Positions 21,239-36,200 of a stretch of DNA of 64,000 bases are shown one piece after another; positions within the stretch are counted from its first letter, which is position 1; each line of letters starts with the position of its first letter. Under the pieces are notes generated by a model, which saw only the letters and a program-made list of their open reading frames with translations, searched no databases and was not told the DNA's origin. This DNA is from Haplodiscus bocki (taxonomy: Eukaryota): the NCBI GenBank assembly GCA_965655095.1, contig OZ296649.1, positions 79,236,001 through 79,300,000 of the forward strand, given 5' to 3'. The position numbers were made by a program, and so were the translations under genes.

Positions 21239-24200
21239 GTAAGATAGCCGGTCAGTTTTCCAGCGGAATTTGAGACTAGACAATCATATAATCAGTCATT
21301 CAGTCGGATATGTCAACGTGGGTGGGTGGAGATGTAAGATACAGCCAGATGAGTAGATACGCCCACAAGCATTTGATTGCAAGCATGATATGTCTTGCAA
21401 AACTGGAGTTGTACATGTATGTCTAAGTAGTCATCCAGTCAAGCGTGCTTTTAGAGCGCCTTTTTCTTTTTCAGTCAACTAATTAGTACTTTATTTGGTA
21501 CAGTTTCACATTTGTAGAGGTTTTGCTGCTTCCGAAAAAAAAACTAAAAGTTATCGTGGCAATATTTTCTATAACTTTACGAACGGTCTCGATTTATTGA
21601 AGAGACCTGTTTGTGAATTAGACAACCAGGGATTGAAAGACTTGCAATGTGTCTTCTTCGTCTGTCTGTTTCATTGTTTCAACGCTTGCGACTCCTGGAA
21701 CTAATGAGTGACCGAAACCGCAGAAATTATATATTCATCATTTAATCTATAAATCCAGGGCAGCAAATTTTCATCAACATTTTCAACAGCTGCATCGATA
21801 TAGTTTTGGAAAAATGTATGATGCATTTTGCATAAATTGAGGACGATAAACTTTGTTTAAAAGACGTTTTAACTCGCCTTTGAGCCGGATTCATTTCCGA
21901 CAAAAAATACATTAACAAAAGCATCGAAAAAAACTTATTTAGTCGTTTTGGCCAATTCATTACGCGAAGACTGTAAAATTCGATATTTATATGCCTTTAA
22001 CGTAGATAACATTTTCCGTTCAAGTTTTTCCTGAAAATACTAGAAATATATGCGATTGATGATTAGTGTGTTTGCAAACAATAACTTGTAATTAGCTTGT
22101 GTTGATTCACCGGTCGCCGGAGCATGTGATATGGGGCTGTACAACATACTGCACGAATGAACATAATTTTTTCATGAGTCATGAATAAATAATTAGAAGT
22201 AAATTAGGACCCCTCCCCCATTGACGAAAGAGAATCTATTCATCTCTGTTTCCTTAGGATATAATTTCCATGGTAGATTCTTTCATAACATTTTGCATTT
22301 AATGGAATATATATTTTACATACTATAATTCCCGTCCATGCTGCGTAGGACGGAAGGATTTTTTTTTTAAATTGTGTGCTAGGAGCTAAAGACTTTGGGA
22401 AAGTATCTTCGAGTGTCTTGGTAAACAGGTAATGCGCTTGTTACCCCCTTGACGGTTACAGATAATTTTCATTGCGCAATACAATTGCATTAAGCACGAT
22501 GGCGATTAAAACTCAACATTAAAAATTAACAAACCCTTGTCAGAACAATCTTTTATCGCCGTGAGAAAAACTGAAATTAATCTCAAAATTCTCCTTCGTG
22601 AAGCCTTCGGTAATTCTGCCCTTGAATTTTTTAATTATCCAAAAACTCTCAAAAAATGTGCAGATAATTAGAGATTTACGGGATAGAATAACATTCCATT
22701 AAAAAGGAAGTAGCAATCTTACAATACGCGAGAACCTCTCACGTAATAATCCCTTGTTGACGTACCTAATACCTTTAATTGCGCTGACGCAGTTATAGTA
22801 ACTAATGCAAGTATGGGAATTCGTGTAACTACAAAAAGTCGATGCCCAAATTATCCACTACCGTGTAATTGTCATCCATCTGTTGGAATTTACATTTCAG
22901 TTGCTTTTTTGAATTGGCGTCTTAACTGAGTCGATAATTGCTGTTTTAATGGTTCAATTTGTAATTGTTGCTTTTCTGTTCAAAATTGATTTGCATGATG
23001 TTGTTTTTTTCTTTTTTTTATGATGTTTATTGATTGTTGAAGGTCTCATGGAATTGTTTCTTAGAATCAAAATGCCACAGTTTTTAAAATGGTACTTTGC
23101 ATCACGTATCATAGGCCTTATCGGAAAGTAAGCTAGTTACTCAAAATATGCATGCGTTTATCGCAAAAATGTGTGATTCGGAAAATAAGTTGAAAACCCA
23201 TATGTTCAATTTTAAGTTGCCGCTTTAGTAATTACAAAAAACCCACTATAGTAGCAATTTTTTATGTCGGCGCTTTCAGTTATAGTAAAAAGCGTGATTA
23301 TAGTAGTACGTTGTTTTTTTAAGATGGCAAACCTAACTCTATATACGACGTTTTTACTAACCTTGCATGTTTTTTTTATACTCACTCTACCCCAGAATAA
23401 GTACCATAAATATTTTCGAAACTTTCCGAAGAGCCAATTCGAAAAACTTCCATGGTACCATCATTTGGATAATCCAATAAATTTCAAGAGAAAAATACCA
23501 AAAGTTTTGAGAACCGCCCCATCGTGTTTTTTGAAAATGAATTAGGGGCCTTCGGCCCAAAATTTTTCGTTATAGGCATTGTGTATCACAAATTTTTCCG
23601 AAAAGTACACCAACATCAAAGCTCCCGTTGTATGAGTATTTCGAGCTTTACGGGCGGCGCTGACTTGGTCGTTCTCGGCTTGTTGATTTTTTTTTAAGAC
23701 GACAGACTTCACTCTGTATACAACGTTTTTAATAACTTTACGTATTTGTATCTCTGCTACACAGAAGATCACAAACTCACATTACTACGTGTTAGAACCG
23801 TTTCTTCAAAAGAGCAATTAAGAGAACTTGAAATTCTTTTATGGGCGATTATCATAATTTTCACGTCAAAATTTTTTTGGACTAGCCACAATGTTATGTG
23901 ATACCCTCTTTCGAGTTCTTCAATAAATTTTTTCTAGAGAACAACCAAAAAAATTCACATGCCCCCATCGTCGGTTTTGGGTAAGTAAACGTCTGGTATA
24001 AGTTTTTTTGTCATAACCCTTGTGAGTTGGTTTTTTTTTGAAAAAACGAAAGTTTTCAAAACACCAAAAACCTCCGCTTTTTTCATTTTTCGCTGCATAT
24101 GTGATATGCAAGAAAAATTATTCCTTCAGTACAGTGTACAGTGGTGTCAAATTTCTTTTTTTTTCAGTGCAAAACGGCCAACTCTTTCTATTCAAAAATA

Positions 24201-27200
24201 AATGAGAGCAGTAGGGTTAGGACAACAGCGTTCTCAAGCAGTAGGTTTGGGGTTCGAGTCACTGCCCGTCCAAAATTCTTTACGATTTATCCCTAACATT
24301 TTTCGATACCCGAATTTATCGAATTACTAAAGGATTCACCTGCGAACTTTTTCGGGACTGTGAGGCAAAAAAATTAGACGGAAAATCTTGATACTCCCCC
24401 CCCCCCCCCTCCTATCCAAACTTTTTCGCTACCGGAAATTAATGCAACAATAATGGATTCCCCTACAGAAATTTTCGGCACTGTGAGACAAAAAAATTTC
24501 GACAGAAAATCGAAAATCGTGAAATAACCCCCTGAAGCATAAAATTTTTCGATGCCCGAAATTAGTGAAACACTAAAGGGTTCCCCTACGAAAATTTTCG
24601 GCACTGTGAGACAAAACAATTTTGACGGAAAATTGTGATACGCTTTTGCTTAAGTACAGAAATCAGTGGTCAAATTGATGTTTGTAGAAACTTTGGAAAC
24701 TAATATCAAAACTGTAGTTTTGTTTTTAACCGTTTGCAAAAGTTGATCAAAATATTTGTAGTTGGGCGAAAAATATGCTGGTGCTAGCCGGCCGTCTTGT
24801 CTTACTATTTTGGGCCTTACGGGCAGTGCCAACTTGGCTGTTCTGGGCTTGTTGGCTAGTGTTTTTTTTGCATAACATTGTTAGTTGGTGCTGTGCTTCT
24901 TGGAAGACAAACTGCCCGACCGAATGCTACAGAAACTTCTCAAGTCGACGCTTCATTAAAACTTTAGCTGTTGCCGATGCTTTCGTAGCAAAAATGGCAC
25001 AAAATTTCGAAGGTTTCGTAGCAAAATCGTTAAACAACTTATTTTCTTCCCATATTTAAATATGGTAGGAAAATCGTCCATTCCCCGCTTTCATGTTCAC
25101 TCGCTATTTGCTCGATTCTAGCAAGTTGCGCGACTTCTGACTTTCAAACTTTTTCTGCACGAAATTACAGGAAATTTGGTGTGGAACGCGCCTAAATTGT
25201 TACTTTAAAACGCCATTTTTTTAACCATAACAGATAGCTTATTGGGGAAAAAATCTGAATTTTCGTAAAACAAAATTCAATTGAGTTAAAAGGGTAATAT
25301 TTCTCGAAAACCCTTTTTTGGACCAAAATTTAGGGTTTTTGAAAAATTAATGAAAAATTACAATTTTGCTCTCGAATGCTTCTTACTCTAAAAATCCTTT
25401 TGTAACAAAGTTGGAGGGCTAGCCGGACGTCTTGTTCTGGTATTCTAAAGCATTTTAAAGCCATAGGTGCGGGTTGGAGACGTGGTAAATCCCTGAATTT
25501 TTTGCTTTTCAAATTCTTTCAAGTACCATTAAAAGAAGATTTCTGATACATTTTCCTTGAATCAAAATTTTCGGAAAATTCAAGAATGCAAGAGATTTCC
25601 GTGACGCCAATTTTCTCATACCATAGTTCTTGGAACCCAAATTTTCAATGGATCCTCTCAAAACTTTTGGATACCCGCCGACATATTTTGAGCCTTATGT
25701 GCAGCGTCGATTTTAGCGATCCCAGCTTGTTTGTGTTCATAATACAACTGAAATCAACTAAAATGAACTGAAGATTGCATCCCAGTGCGACCAAATAGGT
25801 ATTCAATTGTAATGTAGCTATTCCGAAGGCTCAATGAAACAACCTTTTCAAATTATCTGGAAATGTTCGAGTACCAATTTTTTTTATACTTCCGTTAAGC
25901 GAAAAATTTAAAACTCTGTCATCTGCAGACATAAAAATCTGTAATGTATAGAGACAAGAATGCTATATAGTGGTGTGATGAAAGATTTGGACTTCGTATT
26001 GTGAAAACCGTTTCGAGCAGGGCTAAATCTCAAAAATTAACAAGTTTCGATTACTAATAATACCACATGTGTGATACCATTCAAGAACCATCGTAGGGCA
26101 CAAATTACACAAGTACTGGATATACACTTGTTATTTTTCGCCCATATTTATAATATGGAAGGAAAATCATCCGCACTTTTTCACGTTTATTTCCCTAGTC
26201 GAGCTTGCATAGAAGTTTTTGTAAGTACATGTTTCTGTAAGTTGCCTGACAATTTTTACAATTTTTTACACGATGCATGTACTCCTTATTTACGCGAAAA
26301 ACGAACCAAACTTTCAAGAAGTGCAAGCGATCTAAGCGTTGAGAAAAAGCAGCCGCTGAATGGGATACGATATAATCCATCGCTTTGATCGATGAATGAA
26401 TTCACAGTGTTTCGTCTAATTTCGTCAGAATTATTTTGACGGTTGGTTTTCGTACAAGACACCCAGCCATCACCGAGATATTTTCCGCCTTCCAACTTTG
26501 TTAAAGTTACCTTTTAGAAGGATGATAGCGTTTTTTCTCCAAAAAGAAGACTTTTTTCCTCAAATTTGTAATTTTCCTTCTTAAGCAATTTTTCCATTTT
26601 TTTGACCTCAATTAAGGTGGGGAAAAAGGCATTTTAAAGAAATAACATCCTTTGCTACGCATTCTACAGCGGATTTGCCATCTTTTCCCGATTTTGAAAA
26701 AGATGAATTAATTTTTGAAAAAAAAACAAGTTTGGTACGCTTATGAGAAATATTATTTCAGTCGCATTCTACGGCAAATTTGCCAGAATTCGGTGATAAA
26801 AATTTTCATATTCATAACCGTTGGACATTCGGACATTTTCAAGTGGCAAGTAAGCATTAAAAAACGCACGCGTTGTGTGGATGATTTTCATTCCATATTT
26901 AAATATGGGCGGAAAACAATAAATGGCACAGTTTTTACCCTCAAGCAATCCCTGAAATACTGTATAAAGTGGATTCAAGTGTTTTTTGGTTTCAGCAGAT
27001 TTTAAAACTCCAACGATATAATGAAAAGTTTTTAAAACGACTGTTCAACATGATGTCACGTGACACTAGTTATCATTAATTTGAACTCTTCTTTCCGTAT
27101 ACGCAAAGGGAGTTGTAAATTGATGTGAGCCGAGTTCAATACACCACCGAACATATTGAACAAGATGTAGGACTTTAAGCTTTTTTGACGTTGGTTTTCA

Positions 27201-30200
27201 ACTTGAAAAACTCTCGGCACATTTGGTCCCTACATCTTGACCAGTGGAGTAGCACGCCTGAATTGTTCTAAAAACGAAACAAAACACGTGGTTGGTTGTG
27301 TAGCTGAAATGAACAATTGGAGAAACTGATATAGTTGGAATATGTGCACATTTATGTATGTAAAGTAGTAGTATACATAACAGGCACGTGGATACATGCT
27401 ACTATATACAAATACTAGAAGTGTTCCTAGATGTAGATGTAGAAGCAAAGTGACAGCTCGTTCACTGTTTCTATTAGTCTTTTTTACTCAAGTGTAGAAA
27501 TTGTGTGCCGTTATTTTGAAGCGCTGTTCTGTCTAAGTAGGAATTAAAGGCATGTTTAAAATGATTCCAATCCTGCCTTGATACTCTACGTACTGCTAAG
27601 ACTAATACAGTTGTAGTAGTCTTGCACACTCTCGAGCAAAATTCAATCTATGCTCTTCCTCCTCTTTTTGTTTTGCCGTTGAATGGAAAAAAAATAAAAA
27701 TGAGTCACTTTGTTCACATCATCACTTTGACGGTCATCAGATGTACTATCGGCTTTAAACGATGGGAAATTGCATGAGAAAATGTATAATGTGAAGTGTA
27801 AATGTAAGCTATTTAAGTAAGTCAAATTGGTTTTGTCCAGTTAATAGAAATGGTGCTGGCCTCTCCCTGGTTGCATGGCTGGTGTTTGTGCTATGGATAA
27901 TGAGAAGAGGTCCCTTTATAATTACTCTTTTTATCAACTCCCTCGACACGTGTGTATTATAATTCGATTCCATTGTTCCTCTAGAGTCTTGATCAGGGAT
28001 TTAATTAAAAATTACAGCAGTCTTGTAACTGCTTTACCTACCCAAAAATTTGATTATTAATTCAGCAGTATTTCACTAGCCGCTCTCCCAATTATTACTA
28101 CCTGTACGCGGCAGCGCTGGTGGCTCAGTTTTCCTGCACCAACGCTGCAACCGAGCGGAATGAACAAAATAATTTGGAATTTGATAACATATTCTTCAAC
28201 AGCTCACGGGAGTGTTTAATGCAACATCTTTTTAGTTTAGCTCACAAAAATGGTTCATCTCCAAAAAATATATTCCACTGTAACGCCTTTCTATTTCTGT
28301 GCAGTGGCGGCTACTCACTGATTCCAAAGTATCTACATTTTTATAATACGGCTCCTCAACTACTGTAGTCTGGTGTTATCCCAGGTCAAGCAAGGTTCGC
28401 CGTGGTCTTCCGGTCTGAAAAATGAAGGCATCATACGCCACTGAAAGGATTAGAGAAAGGCAAAATCCTATTCGTTTGAGCGAAAGAATGTCTTTGTTGA
28501 TCAAACAATCGATTGAATGAAAAGACTTATTTGAATGTAAATTAACGTTCCGTGCACCATGCTTGAAAAATGTACCGATAAACAGACCTTTTTTAATTAA
28601 TGCTAACACGGGCTGATACAGACAATTCCCTGATGCTGAAGACGCTCATTAATTATGAATTTTGCATTGAAATGAATGCACTGTAGTTTTTGAAAAATTT
28701 TTCAAGCAGCACGCATCAAAGATGCATCCAAAATAACTTGCCCGCCAGGATGAAAACAATTACTTTTGCAACAACGCGTTTTGCTATAGTCATCTGCAAC
28801 AAAATTGCAAAGTACTCATTACTTTTCAGAAATATAAACTGCCTTGACAAAACTTGGGGATGCATTCATAAATTGTCGGAAACCACTGAGAAAAACTGCG
28901 GTGCGTTTTTTTACTGTTGCAACATTGCAACAGTCAAGGAAAAAACACCGCACATGTTCTTCTCTGTGGGTCCCAAAAATATATTTGGATCTTCCATGAT
29001 CTCACTCAAGAGTGACCATGATACATTTTTCCACTCAAGTTCTCTTAAGTCTAGAACTATGCCTTCAAATCACGCGGCAAAGTGTTTTTGATGCGTTTTG
29101 AGACAGACTACGGTACAGCTTATGTTAGTTTCAAAGTTTTGGGAATATGTTGCTTTCAAATGAAAAAAAAACAAGTCGATAAGATTGGATTTTCATTTTC
29201 ATTTTTTTTCCAGCCACATCTCGGGTGAATCCCTCGGCCGCAGCAGGTCATGACTTCGATTCCGCGACTCTGGGCCGACGGTCTCTTGGGTTCCCTAACA
29301 ACAATAACAACATCCACAGAACTTCCCTGGCCGGTCAGAACAGAATAAACCCCCACCAACAACAGCTTCTCTCTAATGGAGGGAGTCCCTCTCTCATCAA
29401 CAACCACCATCATCACCACTCTGTGGGCGAAGAACCCCCCGAAGAAATGTTCATGAAGTTCCCCCATAATGGCACCGTATATGTTCCCCCAGGTGAGCCA
29501 ACCATCTTTCGCTTGTGTGTAGAGTTCAGTCATGGAATTGCAACTTTAGAAAATCATAATGGGGTAGGAAATGTTCGGTTTTCTGAGATTTGCGCAAAAA
29601 ACTAAATACAGCCCAAATGTTAGAAAAAAGCATTGTTATGCATGTTCGATGCATCGAATTGAATTTATCAGTAGACGAACTGGTTGTTCCCAGAAAAAAC
29701 TCGGAAGGTTGAAAAATATTATAGCAACTCAAAACAATTTGTTTGATTCAAAAGGTGGCGTCAGAGTTTCCGAAGTTATCCGTTGATTCTAAAAAAGGTT
29801 TGGTTTTGGCGTGTTTTGCAGTTGGGGTGAAAAGGTAAAAGAAAAAAATGCGAGATTGTATTTTGAACAGCTGGCGACGATCGTGTGCAATATATTAAAG
29901 GTGTCGCTGGTGGTCCGTCCAACGCAGTATCGGCCGATGAGTACGAACTGGCCAGTGGCATTGGTGGAGGAAGCATCATATGGCCCAGCAACGTCACTCG
30001 AAGGTTAGTGTGCACCTTTTCTCCCTTATCCTAATCACTTATTCTATCATAGATGTTTTTTTGATTCTCATAATTTTTCAATTATTATTTTCACCCATTA
30101 TTTTCCATTTTAATAACTCCACAACTTTGGAGTGTGAAACAATTGAGGCTCTATTTCAGAGGTGCATTATTATAAAAATTCTAATAAATAATTTTCACAC

Positions 30201-33200
30201 TTGCGGAAGCAAGTATTATAAGTCTTGAAATTTTTTTCCGATCCGTTCACAACTAACACAAGTTCCTAGATTGACTAAAGAGGAGTAAGTGTGCCCTAGA
30301 CTCGAACCTGTGATAGCCCGCATCGAAGTCACTTTCTGTATCTACTAAGCTATTTGTGCTCGAGAATTGACAATTTCTTAAAAGTTTTAAAGTCCTGATA
30401 TTAGATGGTTTGTAACCCCTCTTAAACTTATTTTTGACAAAATTTTTTGAAATCTCATATTTTCTCTGCCAAGAAATTTTATTTTAATTTCTTTCAATCT
30501 GAGCCGATATCTTAATCGCCTCGCGGGCTTAGCAGTATATTTGAATCTTCCTAACAGCCAAAAATTGCAATGAAAATTGTCAAATTTCATGCAAAACAAG
30601 CTAAGAACAGCTCAAAGTCGGCGCTACGCATCTGTCGGGTGCGAAAATTTTAGTGAACAAGAGAAGGCGTATCACAAAAAATCTTTTCACGGAAAAAATT
30701 CGTGAGAGGGCACTTTTGGTGTTTCGGAAAGACTGCGTTATCGAAAAGTTTTATGCGTATATTATAAAAAATTATATAACTTTTCTCCCAAAATTTTTTG
30801 TCCCACAGTACCGAAAAGTTTCGTAGGGGAACCCTTTGGTGTTTCTGAAAGTTCCTGGTATTGAAAAACTTTATACATGAAAGGGCGGGGGTAACTGGAT
30901 TTCTGCTAAAATTTTTTTGTTTATACAAAGTTCTGGGTGTTTCCGAAAACTTCTGGCGTTGATCATTGGTCGGGTGCGAAATTTTCGATAAACTAAAGAG
31001 GAGGGTATCAGAAAAAAGATGTCGAAAATTTTTTGTGTCACAAAAAAATTCATGAGGGGAGCCTTTTTGGTGTTGCAGAAAGTTTCTCGTATCGAAAAAA
31101 TTTATGCATATGGGGGGTATCACGAATTTTTGGACATTTTTTTTGTCTCACAGTGCCGAAAAAATTTTCGTAGGAGGCACTTCTTGATGTTTGTGAGTAC
31201 TTGTCCGCGCCTCTTATAGAGTCTATTTGTGTGCTTTGAAATGATATGCCATGGAAAAACGTTAGGGAAAGTAGACAATTCTTTGTGATCTTGAAAAAAA
31301 CTAAGTGACTACAAGAGTCGGCTTTTTTTACAAGTAAAAGCGCCGACTAAAAATGCTATAACTTATCTTAATTCATGTGAAAGCAAATTTATCTGTCTAA
31401 ACACAGTTGATGTTCTCAAGAATGACAAATTTTATCGGTCAAAATTCACTTTCAGCCTTTCAGAAGTTGAGGGGTTGTAGGCTTAGAAAAAAATGCCAAA
31501 TGGGTTAAAATGCTTTAAATAGGTCAAGATTTATAAAAACAAAATGATGGTTCCGAGAGTATAACTGCGATCGTCTATTAATTTGATACATTTTTTTTTT
31601 CAAACAAAAGGCATTGCAATCTACGTAAAAATTGAAGAAACTTCCTGAAACTTCCTTGTAAGTTCGCTAGATTTTTTGATATTCCGCTGTCCCGTTTCTT
31701 TTTCACAGCCTCGTGTTCCATTTCTTCATCACAGCATTCTATTTAGACGTTCGTGCTTATTACACTTGTATAAAAATTTATAAGAATTAACTGACTTAAT
31801 TAATGTTCTGTTTAATCAGTAGTTTTTGTAGTACCGTGACACCTCTAAAATAATTATACTTGTTCGATTTGTTCACTAGTTTTCCGTTGGCGCAAGTGTT
31901 GCGAAACACAGCTTCGCCTTTGTGTTGTAAATGTAACAATTTTACCTCCTTCACTCTAAGATGACTCTGAAGTGATCAAATTCCGTGTTGCAATAATCTC
32001 TAAAATAATACAATCGACTGACTATTTCATTAGGGAGCTTATGTTCTTGGAAGTAGATGTTTATGCAATTTTGAACAACTCCGGAAGGTTCAAGTTGGCG
32101 CTGCCTGTAAAGCTTGGAATTTGCTAAGAGGTTTCACAAAAATTTCTGTTTCTGGTCTTTTGGTAGATGCATCTGGGCTTATCACGAAAAAAGTCGAAGC
32201 GGTGGTCCAGTTTTTTTTCGAAAAAAATCTAAATATAAAGGGGGTGGGGTTATCATTAAATTTTTCGGTTTTGTCTTTTCGGAAAATTTTTGGTAAATGC
32301 AAAGTGGTGCTATCGCAAACTTTTCGGTTTTTTTTCATTTTAAAAAATTTTGAATTTGGGTTAAGGTAGGCAGGGGGTTACTCAAAAAAATTGTGCATGG
32401 TAGAAATGACTTCGACATGTCCAAAATAAGCCTTCTTTTCAGCATTTGGACCTGTGCTTCTGTAATTTTTGAACAATTTTGAACATTTTGGTGGAACTGA
32501 ATTGTGTACCCTAGCAGTAAGTCTTAGGAAAGAAGATCACTCATAAGCTGAAACCTTTTCTTCTAAAAAGGGACAGCTAAAAGAAATTTTGATAAAGCTA
32601 GATGGCGTATTTTGGAAACATTGAAGAGCATGCAAATTGAAACTGTTGAAACTTGTTTCGTGGAACTCTTGCTTTGGGCCTATTTGGTCCAAGTGGGTCA
32701 AAACCCGTATAAGGGTTTGATTATGCCGAGTTGTTTTTTAGATCAGTTTGACGATATTTTGGTCAAGTGTCATAATTAAGTAGTTATTAATTAATTTTGA
32801 CTGCATAATTAGGCCTCCTTTTGAGCCCTGGTTATTAACCTTGTTCGCTACTGACACTAAATAAATAAATTTGACAGCTTTGTAATTATTTAAGTCTTAT
32901 TAACACAGTTAGCTTCAAACGCTTTGCTCTATCCGAGGTTGTTATTCTTTATGTAGAATACTTTTTTGTTTTCCGTTTGCTTGTCTTCGCGATAGTGTGA
33001 AATTGAAGATAAAGTTGGTAATCCTGTTTGTGTGGAAGTAAATGAGTCATTGATCCTATTGAGCAGCTTCGTTCTTCTGTTTGTATCGTACACTTTTCTC
33101 CCCTGGAAGTCCTCTTTGTGTAAACAGCCTCTGCCCACCGTAATTCGCAACAACAGCTGGTGAACTGGCTCCTGTTAAGATAAAGTGTTCAGCGCCTCAG

Positions 33201-36200
33201 GTCTAATTGTTCACGCTGTGGAGATTCTCAATTGTCTTACCATGCTTGATGTCTGTCGTGGATCAGAATTATCTGCATCTTTTTGTTTCAGTAGTAGAAC
33301 GATTTATTGTTACATGAAAACATAAGGCTTGACTGCTTTCTATTCTAGCACATTGGTAGGCACGTCCCAAAAGTGTAGATTTTGAAAGCTCCACGGATCT
33401 TTCACAGTCATCAAATCGTTCAAATGTTCCGTACGTGGCCGAGAAATATCTGCAGGTATCGCCAAATGGCATCAGGGGCTCCGATAATTATCTGGAAAAT
33501 ATTTTGGGTCTTTTGGCATCCGGACCCTAAAAAGTCTGTCTAAGGTGTCGCCCCGGCGTCTGTGTTTGAAAAAATTTGGTTCAACACGTGCAAGGGAAGC
33601 TGAAGTTAGAGCCAATGCGAAATAAAATTATGCGAGACTTTGGCACCGGTAACCAAAATGGTATTGGATCTTTTTGTTAACTGCTCTCTCTCCAAGAAAA
33701 ATATGTGGAAAATGTGTCTTCCAAGTTTAAGTTTGTTTTTGTCTCCTGCATATGAACGACGAGACTCGGCTTCTTTCTTGATGAAATAAAAAAAACATTT
33801 TCAATTTTCAAAAGATTTCATTAGAAATAAATCTATCATTTTTGACATCGAAGCCAATGGAAGAAAAAAATCGTTCCTTGGCTTAATATTCGTGCAATGT
33901 TTTGGTTGCCGCTTTGTCTAAAAAATGAAAATGTATTTACTTTAATGTTTGCTCCCGACCATGCATCACTGATTGCAGCCACTACGTGAATGAGAATTGA
34001 AAGCTCATTTCAGGGATGTCGCTTTCGAAAGAATTTTAATTGATTATTGCGAAGTACTTGAAATAGTTGCGGGGGTCAACTGAAGTCAACTCGCATCCGA
34101 TACTAAAGATTCTCTCTTGCCCGCGCCGCCCCTTCACTTACCTGTAATGTCTCTCCTAATTCTTCACTCCCAAATTGCGGGGTCTCTCCCCGTCCCTTTC
34201 CTGCTTATCATCTTACTCACTTAGTCAAATCTCATTTCTCTGGAGGTTCCAATTAGTTCTAACGACATAAATTCCCTCTTACTTAACGGTTATTGACTGC
34301 ACCTCAACAAGAGCAACATTGAAGTGAATAAAATTTAACGATTATTTTCAGTAGTTACGATTCCTTAAAAGCCCATATTTTTAAGCAGATTCAATCAAAT
34401 TGCTAAAATTGTAACGACTCTTTTTAAGCCATTGTTTTCTCACTTTTTCGGTTTAACGGCGCTGTCATGCTTTGGTTTTTTCCTCGTTTCAGCAGGAAAA
34501 AAGACAGATCAAAAAATTATGTTAAATACGCATTGGCTTTGCAGTTATTTTGACTATTAGTTGTTCATTCGGTGACGTAATTGGATCACGTGATTTTCCC
34601 CTGAGTGTTACTTTACATCAGTTGAAAGCGAAAGGTTGCTGTAATAGCGTGATGGACAGGTTTGCACCGATAACTGTTCCCTGATGTATTAATACTGTTC
34701 CCTGATGACAATTGCCTTCTGAATTTGGGACAATTTTGGTATTTAAAATTCACTTTTTAAGCATAATGAGGTAATAGAGCGTAAATGTTTCTTGTCAACC
34801 AAATTATACGTGTGGAAATGTTCACAATTATTGTCCATACAATTGACTGCTGTCAGCATAATCAAATCCTGGATAAATGCTGTGGGTCTTTTTATTCGAT
34901 CCCAATGTTGAAATGTTCAAGTCAAAGGGAATGATTTTTGCTGTTTCTGTCATAAACTAAACAAAGTTAAAATCAAATTAATAAAATTAGCTTCAAGCTC
35001 TACCCGACTATACAGGTTCATGAACGAAGAGTGGTGTTAAAAAATCTTCAATTTTTTCTACAATAGATACATGTTAGACAAGGTGTGTGCACATGTGTCC
35101 CAGTCGGTATTCCTCGGCCAGGGGCTCCTGTCATTTTTATGTTCAAGATGTTCTTTGTCACTCACGAGAGTATTTCATGTCTGTATTTAATTTTTCTTAT
35201 TTGTGTCCGATGATTTCCATTGTTGCACGCGGGTGAGGGCCCGCCGTTTCGCCTAAAGTAAATCCATGATTTTCCGCTTCCATAATTCTATTCCGTTCAC
35301 ATGAATTACCCCATGCAAGTTAGCTGATGCCTCTGCTCTGCCGCCGCATTCAACCATACACCTTAGAAAGCAGACTTGCTTTTTTCTCTTTTTCTTCTCT
35401 TGTGTATTTCTGTTGCTTCTGGTGCAGTAATTTTGGTGTCCCCCTTTAATATTATAACATTCTATTCTTCTGCCTTCTTTTTTTATTCCAGCTTGTTGTG
35501 CTTGTGTCTTTTTGCCAGCCAGCAGCTAAATAAGCTTATTCCGAGTTAAGTTGGCTTGTCATTTGTGTTGGTTTTGTGCACTACCAGTCGCATCTTCAGA
35601 GAGAAATATAACTATAAAAAGAAGTTGGCAATTTTTTCCTACTCATAAACTTGCCCGATTTCCCTGTGTTGAAATAAATTTCTGTCAATGTGTCCGTTCC
35701 TGCGTGCTTGTCCAATTTAATTCTCCACAACCAACTTTCATTAACTAAAATGTCTCTGGGGTTATACGTTATGCACCGCATCCAAAGTGTAACTTTTATT
35801 TTTTTTTCGCTGAACAGCTTTAATCTTTCATTCATTATTCAGCGCTCCTAAAAATGCTGAGATGCAATGCAAACTTCAATATCTGCTTCTCCCCGTTTCT
35901 CCACCTCGTGCTGTATACTGTGATGCCTACAATACGCATTGTTTTTGACGTCCGACAACTCGAACAAGTAGCCCCACTTCTCAATCTGTAACTTTCCCCC
36001 TCTAACTTTTTTTGCATTTGTGGCATAGCAGTTATTAGCTGACTGAGTTAGCGGCGAATTTTAAATGATTATAACCCCATTGTAACAATCCTATTTCTGA
36101 CGCCGCCACCTGATTCAGTTGCTTCTCTCAAAACCCACTTTTGATTACTCAGTCCTAATTTTTTCGATGCTATCCTCCATTCCCCCTTTTTAATTTTCCA

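Noticed and set aside
24290-24645. CRISPR-like array
   Set aside because: The whole 123-bp unit is repeated with no unique spacers. The context is eukaryotic and no cas genes are present.
30290-30355. Functional tRNA gene (also ~24205-24270)
   Set aside because: A/B-box-like motifs are present but I cannot fold an acceptor stem or cloverleaf.
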